A stretch of DNA of 45,183 nucleotides, taken from positions 1-45,183 of the forward strand of contig JBHGNT010000249.1 of the NCBI GenBank assembly GCA_043228905.1. Reading direction: 5' to 3'. A program made the translations under genes and the position numbers. This stretch comes from Azolla caroliniana. Its lineage: Eukaryota > Plantae > Polypodiophyta. Below are positions 36,465 to 45,183 of the stretch, in pieces (position 1 is the first letter of the stretch; every line of letters starts with the position of its first letter). The notes beneath the pieces were generated by a model that worked only from the letters and a program-made list of their open reading frames with translations, had not been told where the DNA came from and made no database searches.

Positions 36465-38340
36465 AGAAAGAAAGAAAGAAAGAAAGATATATTAACGTCT
36501 TCTAAGGCCAAAATTGGCCCATGAGACAAATGGTGTACAACAAAAATGGGATATTTACCCATTCATCGAAAGTAAAAATAAAAATAAGATAAAATAGAGT
36601 TTAGGCTAAATAGTTCTAAGAAAACAACAAATATGTTCTATATAAAAAACATGTTCTACAATGAGAATGATTCTATACTAGGCCTAATTTCATTTCCATC
36701 CAAGTCTCTCGAAGAGAAGCGGGGGGTCAAAGGGTTGCCATGTGGATGTGGCCCGTGGTCCCCATGTAAGAGGTACCCCAACCATAGCTTCGAGTCAACG
36801 TAGCTCACGTTCCCTTATCTTCTTAATCTTTTCTACTCCACGTTGACTTGTGTTGAAGCCCAACATCCGAGGACGTTTGGTTGCTCTTTGTATTTCTGCT
36901 TCCTCAAGGGAGAGGCCGAGCGGCATAAGTGTATCCACATTCATCGTCTCCTCATGTTCTTGAAAAATTACACTAGGTACATGTTGATGAGTAGTAAAAG
37001 GGTTATGATTAACACTTTGTAATTTATCCTCCCTATGTTGTTTTAGCTCTAAGATATACCTACCTAGTCTCTTTACACTCGGGGTATCTAATAGTTTGGA
37101 GAGGGTGGGAGAGGGTCCTAGTATGTCTTGGTATTCCGCCCGTATCTCGGCATAAGTTGGGCACTTGCATGTGAAGTGATACTCATCCTCTATCTCTATG
37201 TGGCATAACCTACATAGCCTTTCCTCTCTAGGGACTCTATTAGCTCGACCATTCTCAATCTCAAGTTGGTGAGATGACTTAGTGCATTTGATAAGAAAGT
37301 ATCTAGGTATCTTGGTCGTGTAATAAACCCTAACTTAGAGAAGTGCAAGAAGTGTTCCTTATAGTACACCATTTTAGATGGGAGTGGCTCTCGTGGGGTG
37401 ATCCATGTGTATCGAGTGTAGATTTGCCATATTTCTTGGCGTATCACTTTATTACGATCTTCACGAGAGATTAAAGTTTGATCAGTCCCATGGTTGTACT
37501 TAAGGGGAGGTAGGTTATTAATGTCTATGCCATTTGCAAATAACCAACTCACCACAATGCTATACCAAGAGTTAGTGTCTCCAGACACATGTAAGGATCG
37601 GGATGCCTCAAAGGCTCGACGGGATATCCTATCTTGTGGTTGACTATGTATCCGATGAATAAAAGCTACCACTTGAAAGAGTGCTTCTACTAACATCGGG
37701 GGTAGGCTAAACTCCGCTCTAATAATGTCATGTGGTACTGTCGATTTGCTTCGGAGTTGACGTGATAACATCACCACTAAAGGTCTCTCCAATTGCGTCC
37801 ACATGAAAGATGGTAGACCTGGAGCCCATACTACTGATGCATACATGAGGGACGGGGTCACTAATGAGTCGAAAAGCCATCCCTTAGTCCGTGGCTCTTG
37901 AAAGTATGCTTGGTGGCATTGTCTCTCTAAGAGTGAGAGGGATGCATATCCTCTCGTTAGCCTATCTTTGGCTGCCTGGGTCATCGAGAATTTACCTGAG
38001 CGAGCACTAAAAGTGACTCCCAAGTATACATAAGATCCCACCACCTCAACTAGTTTATGAGAGAGGATGAGGTGACATTTACTCCTAACTCTGGACGATG
38101 TATGAAAGATAAGGACTTTAGTTTTCGCTAGATTCACTACCAGTCCTCGTTGTGTACAAAAGTCATCTAGGGCATTAAGATGCTTTTGTAGGTCGTGTTC
38201 CGACTCCGAGAGCAAGACAATGTCGTCTGCGTAGAGTAAGAGACTAACTTGCGTATCCCCAATAGCCACTCCTTTGCCTCCCTTACGAGCAATAAAATCA
38301 GTGATCTCATCAATGTAGATCCCAAAAACAGAGAAAGCTA
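36465..38340 (-). mobile_element. 5'-truncated RTE-X-like LINE (RT C-terminal half, CCHC-type tail, 3' UTR, (TTTC)n tail)
   Basis: FGIYIDE, LLLYADDIVLLS, LVVNLAKTKVL, YVYLGVTF, LFDSLVTPSLMYASVVW. After a frameshift at ~37280: SHQLEIENGR..PREERLCRLCHIEIEDEYHFTCKCPTY. The (AGAA)n tail is at 36465-36487. The clade assignment is from recalled motifs. Confidence 0.88.
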
Positions 38341-38446
38341 ATGTGCACGTACAAATATGCGTATAAATCATATACGTATACGTATACGTACATGCACATA
38401 TGTATATGTATACGTCTACGTAGACTTGAAACAGAGGGGTTCGTTG

Positions 38447-38552
38447 AGAGACAGAGACAGAGACACAGAGACAGAGATCTGAGAGAGACAGAGACACAGA
38501 GATCTGAGAGAGACAGAGACAGAGACAGAGACAGAGACACAGAGACAGAGAC
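38447..38552. repeat. (AGAGAC)n hexamer microsatellite immediately upstream of the EVG1-like ATG
   Basis: Directly visible. It is preceded by a (TACGTA)-like repeat at ~38370-38420. Confidence 0.95.
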
Positions 38553-38568
38553 GGAGAGGGCGGTGGTA

Positions 38569-41500
38569 ATGGAAGAAGGATCCATGGTGGAATCGGCATG
38601 GTTGCAGCGGCAGGCTGAGGATGGTGAACAGTTGGAGCGGCAGCTGATGCTGCTGAGGTCTGCGCCCGGCAGGGAGACGGCCGCAGGGCGTGCCCTCTTC
38701 GCCCTCCTCAGGGGCTACGACATAGCCAGGCAGAAGGGCAACGACTTCTCCCGCCACAATGCCGCTCGATCCCGCCTCCGCCGCCCCTCCGCCGCCATAC
38801 CTCCTCGTACGTCTCTCTCTCTCTCTCTGTTCTCCCCCTTTCTTTGTTCCTTTTCTGATGCCTTTTGTCTTTCTTTCTTTCTTTCTTTCCTGCCAAATGC
38901 GGGTTTTTTACGTATTCCCTCCTTTTGTTTCATTCATTCATTCTTTCGGAATCTAGTTCTCTTGTGCTTCTTTTGGGGGGGAACGTTTACCAGAATACAC
39001 CTTCCGTTTTTGGAAATTTACATCGCAGAACATCTCCTCTGGCACTTCCATCTACATCCATAAGATTGGCAAAAAAAGCACTGAGCTTCTTATCCCTACA
39101 TCCTGTTGTCACGCAGACCATGTCTTTTCATTTGCTGCAACGATCTTTTGAAACCTGAGGGGTATTCTTGTAACTTCTGAAAATTGAGGGTCTTTGTGAT
39201 AAATGTCTAGAATGCTCAACGGGCGTATTTTGTTGTTCTCCCCTTCGTCTTTTTTATAAATATTTGTCTTGCTAATTTCATTTTATTGTTGCATTCTTTG
39301 TAGAACCGGAGAAACCAAAGAAACCATGTCCTCAGGTATCTTATGGTCCCCTCTTTCTCTCTCTTTCTTTGATTTCTCATTTTTACTGGTTTTAACCCAT
39401 GTTCATACATGCAAGTCCATATCTATGATGTTGAAATCTGTGTTCATGATTTATAAATCCATTTCAAGATGATATCTATGATGTTTAATTTAAAGATATA
39501 AAACATGTAATTAAGAGTATATCTATTCCTATGATGTCTAAATCCTACAGAAATGGATAGGCATTTGTTTTTTGGAGAGGTGACACCTGGCAGGAGGAGG
39601 ATGAAGTTTGCCTTACTCAAACCATGATATTGAACCCAAAAGTTTAGCTAACAAAAAACATACCTTTGTCTACTCTCTAATCTGCTACTTATAACTCTTA
39701 AGACACTTTAGGAAGGGACCAACCTAAAGGAACTTTTAATGCAAACTTTAGGGTTGAACGCACAAGTATAGGAACCCAATGCTAACTGTCCCCCAAACTG
39801 GTCTAGGAACTATTGGGCGTCATTCATTTCATGCTGGCCATGTGATTATGTTGTTTTGCTTGATTTCAAGAGATCCGGAGAAGCAAATAAAAGATAAAAT
39901 ACAGTCATACAGGAACAACAAAGACAACACAACTTGGCACATATTCCATGCTTATCATTGTCTTAGTTCATGAATATAATTTGCAAATACATATAGTGCA
40001 TATGCAAAATATATACCTAAGCATAAATCCATGTACCATAATTTGTAAAATGTGAACCGAGGATTTCCAAAGTACGTAAATTTATGTCCAAATTCCATGT
40101 CACCACATGTGTATTATATATGCCATATTACAACACATGGGAAGTATTTGCCATATCTAAACCCTAAACATGATGCCCAGAACGCATAACTCTGATTTAA
40201 AACTTCTAAATGAAACAATGATAGAAACAATATGTGAAGATCCCAAGGTTTACGAAACGCACTGTGGAAAATTCGGAAGATTCCAAAGTTTCTTATAGAG
40301 TTGGTAGAAGAAAGGCATCAGATATTCTTAAGCAATTACAAAATGAGTTGGAACACAAAGAATTGCCACCGTACCCGACAAGTGAGTGTGCATCTTCCGC
40401 ACTAGAATTAGTAAGTCAGATCATATGTAAAGTAACGTGTATATTTATCTATATGTGTGCATATATACATGTATATAAGCATGCCTTAAATTCCTGATAG
40501 CACCAATTAGCATATATTTATTGACAGTCATCTCTTGTATTAATTTCCTTGAAAATATGTATTTATTCTATGATAAATGAGTGCTGTTTACAATGACTCT
40601 TTCTTGAACTGAGGGAAAAGATGACCCTGATATATTTGAAGGTCTTCAGACATTGCATAATAACGTAAGTAGGCGAGTCAGATGGGAACTTCATTTGTGG
40701 AAGAGTAATAAAATCATACAACTTTGATACTTTTTACATGCTACAATTGAGCTAAAAATCTTTGACAGTGGCTCTGATTGCCCCTTTGAAAGCTGCACAA
40801 CTCCTTGATACAACAGAAACTGGAACTTTTTCCTTTAAAAACTAAAAATGGTGAACAAGGCATCTTCATTTATCAGTTATTGTGAGGTTACCGATGGGGA
40901 ACCTTGATATATTGGAAGTTAGAACTCGTCTTTGAATCAAAATATACTGAGGTAATAGAAAGTTAACCTTTGCTTGCAATGTAAGAGAATCACAAATGAC
41001 ATTATTGAGTTTTCTAATGGAATAATTGTGTGCTTTGTGTATGTCTAATATCGACCAGTCTCTCAATTACTTGATATAGTTTTGCTTGAATGTAAGCGAA
41101 TTACAAATGATATTTTTGAGCTTTCCAATGGGATAATTGTGTGCTTTATATGTATGTCTTAACATCGACCAGTTTATCAATTATTTGATGCAAAACGAGA
41201 AAAGAAAATATCTAACAAAGAAATTTCTCTCTGACATGTCAAACTTGCTATATATGAGTTATCTATTTGTAAAACAGAATGATCACTATGTGTAGATTGT
41301 CATTCTATATCTTCATTTTCGTAGGCGTTTTTCCAAAAATTGATTCAAAGTTGTGTTTTATGATGCGATACAGAGCCGCTCCTGGATGATAAGGAAAAAG
41401 CAAGGCTAGCTTTGATATTTGAATGGAGCGGTCGCTTGGATGAGGTATCTACAAGCATATGTACTATATGCATTTCATCTGCAAACATGGCTTGGTCATA

Positions 41501-42670
41501 CCATTGTGCCTCTGATGTAATCATATGACACCTGAGTGGAGAGTGAACTTTCAATGAATAAGGACATACTATTACATGTTCAATGGAGAGTAAAGTTCAG
41601 ATAAATGGGAACTTCTGAAAGTATTGAAAAGAGACAGAGAGGTAAGAGATAAGTGAAATGAAATGTCATACTAACATCTGTGACATGGCCAAAAGGGACC
41701 TATGAGAGCAAAGTTAGAACCATAATCTGGTATATGGTATCAATGTTAGATTAAAGGTTAAATGGAGATTCTCGTTGATTATGTTGTTTATTGGCTGTGC
41801 AAAGCAATGTAGGATGAAGAATTGGCACTGCCACCCCCAACTGACCAAGTTAAGGCAGCATCAACTGCGGTCTCCAAGGTACAGAAAGGATCTATTGAAG
41901 AGATGGAAACCATGCTAGAGCAGAGTAAGCCTCACTTATAATGCATAGCTATCTAACAAAAAAATATAGAGTGCAAGCAAGGTTGGTGACCTTCCCTTTT
42001 AATAGCATTGGAAAACATTCACAGTTTCCAAGGAGGTAGCGGAGCGAGACGAGTTCATGAGAGAAATGGATCGGCTTGGACAAGCAGAGAAGTACAAGAA
42101 TCAAGTGCAATTTGAGATTCAGCAGGTTAGTAATAATTTCATAGTCAAGTCATTGAGTGTAAAATGTGGAGCAAATGTTCTTGTAATATAAAACATTGTA
42201 ATAATCTAGTATTTCATTCAGATTTCACTTTTTTTGTTTAATATTATGATATATTTTGTAGTCTCTCACAGAGTATAATATTTGAGATGGAATATTAAAC
42301 TCACTTGTGTTGTTTCGTAATGTTAAAATTTGGGTTGTCACAATTTAGTAGTGTAGTTCGGGAATGTGACAGAATTAACATTTTGTTATATAAACATGGA
42401 ATATTAATGTGCTTGATTGGTGGATGTGAATTTTGAAATGGAATATGGAATATGGAACCTATAAAACTTTGCAATGGAATTTTTTTTAATAATTTTGTAG
42501 CTCATTTAGGGGGGGGTTAAATTTCTTCTATAGAACATGTGAAATACAGGATTTTGTAATGCAGAAGTTGGTTTATTGTCCGCACATTCTTATACAAGGC
42601 ATTTTTTGTGCAGAGAGTGAAACAGATGAAGAAACTTGACCTGTTGATTCGGGAAGATCAGAGTTGTTAA
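38569..42670 (+). CDS. UPF0193 / EVG1 (C22orf23)-like protein, 255 aa, probably cilium/sperm-associated
   Basis: Seven phase-consistent GT-AG exons: 38569-38806, 39304-39335, 40225-40381, 41374-41444, 41813-41924, 42025-42125, 42614-42670 (768 nt). The C-terminus DDKEKARLALIFE...LEQISKEVAERDEFMREMDRLGQAEKYKNQVQFEIQQRVKQMKKLD matches my recollection of the UPF0193 signature (EIxERxxFLxxMxxLGxxxxYxxxIxxEIxQxxxxMxxID). Confidence 0.8.
40970..41190. repeat. Local tandem duplication, two units of ~110 bp, in intron 3 of the EVG1-like gene
   Basis: TTGCTTG.AATGTAAG.GAAT.ACAAATGA...ATAATTGTGTGCTTT...ATCGACCAGT.T.TCAATTA.TTGAT occurs twice in tandem. Confidence 0.9.
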
Positions 42671-44149
42671 GGATAATGATGAATTGTTGGTACACACATG
42701 TTCCACCAAAAGATTGATTTGTTTGGACTTTTTTTTTATAACAAGGCATATAATGATCTAAGTATAAGATATTTAAGAAATGGTGAAGCCATTGTACATG
42801 AGAAATCCTACTTTTTATGTTGTGCAATGGTTCCAAGTTGGACCATACGAAAGTTTGGAAGCATTCATGAAATATAAATCATAATTGACTAATTTTAAAC
42901 AACTTAGGCCCATTAATACCATGGTCCTATGCGGATTCAAGGTGATCGATCAGTGATGATGATGAGGGGTTGGTATCTTGTCATAATATGTTTCTTTCTT
43001 GTATGTCTGCTTTTGAAGAAGTGCCTTTTGGTGAAGAATAACCCTCCAGTGAGGGTCTGTACAAGGGAGACAATTTCATTGCATTCTTCTTTTCTTTTTT
43101 TGTATTTTCTGGTAGTATCAATATCCAGTTGTGTGGATTTGAAATTTGCTCTTTTTTTGCACATATTTCTTGCAAGTATTTAGGACCACGTTTTATTTAT
43201 AGGTGCATTTTTGCGTGTGTATATTAGTGAATGTATTAAGAACCTTGTTTTATTTATAATGTATGAATTTAAATTGTGTGGTTATGACTTTGTTTTCATA
43301 CTTTGGCTAACTGCATTGGGACATTCTTTTTTATAATCATATTTTCTTACAAGTTGGAGCTTACGGCTATCATATTCTTTTCTGAAACTATGTTTTCTTA
43401 CAAGCCACTAAGGGTGTCTAGAAAAATGTTGTTTCTCGAAAAGTTGTCATTTGTTTGAAGTGAATGCGAACTCGATGTGGCCAATGAATATACTTTTAAC
43501 ATGTTTGGGGAATGTAGTGATGCTATATCTTTTTTCTATTCAAATAGAATGTGTCCTTGCTCAATTTTCTTTTCAAAAGCAAATCCTTTGCCTTGATAGT
43601 CTTTGACTAAATGTAATGTACACGAGGATTGTTATAACAACCTAGCCTTGAACCTTTTAAAAATTACACATTGCGTACAAAACACATGAATGTCGAAATG
43701 GTAACAATAATAAAGTGAAATTGAAACATTATTTCATTTTTTTCTTCTTATGCTAAATGAATATCAAGAATTATCATCAAATTGTAGTAGCAATTTGAAT
43801 ATGACATGTACGGGTGTAATGTGACCAAAGTAAGATAGTTCACAATAAAATAAAAGGGGTAATCTATGGTTTTTTTGTCCTACTACTAAACATAAATTGT
43901 GGAAGAATGGATTTTATGATGATGGCGATAGATATGGTAGAGTGATAGAAAGATTGTCTCTTGTGGTCGTTAAGAATGAGATTGTCTCTTGTCGTAATTG
44001 AGTAATGGGAAAAACACATACAAAGGATGAGATGAGAAATTTGGTTAAATATAATGGAATTGCATTCTATGATAATGATATTTTATAATGGAAATGTATA
44101 AGAAAAATGAGTAGTATTAGTAGATAGGATGTCAATCATATTATTCATT

Positions 44150-45140
44150 ATATTATCTCGAGGGAGACATCGAGGGAGGACCAACTTGGGTATTTTTTAA
44201 AAGAAAGCCCACAGTCCGATATGGGTAGTCGCACTTCGAAGCCTTTTAAAAACAAGGAAACTTTTCTTGGTAAACGTGAGGTTTGTTCAAGACTCCAACG
44301 ACCATCCAAGTTCATATATTTATGTATATCAAGAGATTTCAAGTTTGTTTAAGATTTGCATGCTACACTTCCATTCCTATGTCCATAGTCTTTGAGTGGC
44401 AGGCTTTGATTTCAAATTTGGGAATTTTATGTGTCCTATGGGATATGAGCTAGTTTTTCCAACAATAGCTTCTGTTTTTTCTATCACATTGCTTTAGTTT
44501 ATGACTTGAAGAATGGGAACAAAAGCAAAAACCTTAAAAAGTGGATATGTATCCCTTTATATTTTGCTTTTATTTATTCATTTGCTTTCAAGAAGAAAAG
44601 GCCATTGCGATCCATGTTAAAAAGATACCCTAGCTATTTGAAATTTGGTGGGCCATTGATCCCCTTAACGTATTCACATATAATAGAAGTGGAATAATGG
44701 CAAGCCAGTTGCGACACGTATGCCATTCATTCTTCTCAGTATATGGTAATAAAGCTCAACAAGTTGGAAGCCAACAAGCACATGCATCCTAACCGTGCAT
44801 TACATTGCAATATGGTCAGAGTGCGATATTGTCAAAGTTCCACGTTCCCAAGCTTGTGTGGACCAACCTTCTATTGTAGTTCAACCTAGCACACAGTGCA
44901 CTTGTAAAATTGTATAAGTTTTCAACCTTGTTCCACTTAGACTACTCCCCAAGAGTTTATTCAACACGTAAACGTAAGTGGATAGCTAACTTTCAAACTT
45001 GGTTCCTATAATACCATGGATTTATTGCTCAATCAATTACCCAATTTGCTACAATAAATAAGTTGCTCTTTTATTTTATCACATTGGTTGCTTGTTCACA
45101 AACTTCAAATGACTTTGAATAACATTACTCGCGTTTAGGG
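44150..45140 (-). mobile_element. Possible very old L1-type LINE remnant
   Basis: Only scattered motif-like pieces (YLF.., IKGIHI at ~44540-44560) across frameshifts. Boundaries are guesses. Confidence 0.3.
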
Positions 45141-45183
45141 GAGAAGTGGCACTCAACACCCCCCCTCGCATATATAATTATAT

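Noticed and set aside
37196-38599. 467-aa ORF as a host gene
   Set aside because: Chimeric: microsatellite-derived N-terminus fused to a truncated LINE RT, with a frameshifted tail.
38341-39063. 240-aa plus-strand ORF as a single-exon gene
   Set aside because: Only 38569-38806 is the real exon 1. The rest is microsatellite and intron read-through.
1-45183. CRISPR array, rRNA or prokaryote-type operon
   Set aside because: No regularly spaced repeat-spacer structure or rRNA similarity. All repeats are SSRs, local duplications or TEs in a eukaryotic context.

Overview
Eukaryotic nuclear DNA from a land plant, AT-rich, with spliceosomal introns, microsatellites and TE debris. A fern or other plant with flagellated sperm is inferred from a UPF0193/EVG1-like gene and RTE-X-like LINEs. 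I assembled all gene models by hand from splice sites with phase checks. Left third: an old tandem duplication (offset about 9 kb) of a unit containing an L1 remnant, an intron-containing tRNA-Tyr and an 8-exon Nudix hydrolase. Both Nudix copies are intact. The tRNA is intact in copy B (9280-9364) and decayed in copy A (~329-400). A Mutator-like transposase remnant lies between the copies, and a LINE sits in an intron of copy B. Middle: an 11-exon MIP2/NBAS (Sec39-type) gene on the minus strand (~2245 aa), with a probable GC-AG intron and an intronic hAT MITE. It is divergent from a Dof zinc-finger gene whose start codon is preceded by a strong G-quadruplex motif. Right third: a 7-exon, 255-aa UPF0193/EVG1-like gene that the ORF track largely misses. 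Upstream of it are an inverted, pseudogenised partial copy of itself, a Copia 3' fragment with LTR, and a 5'-truncated RTE-X-like LINE. I see no CRISPR or rRNA, and no demonstrably new multi-gene system. The best leads are the EVG1-like locus, the divergence of the Nudix paralogues and the Dof 5' G4.
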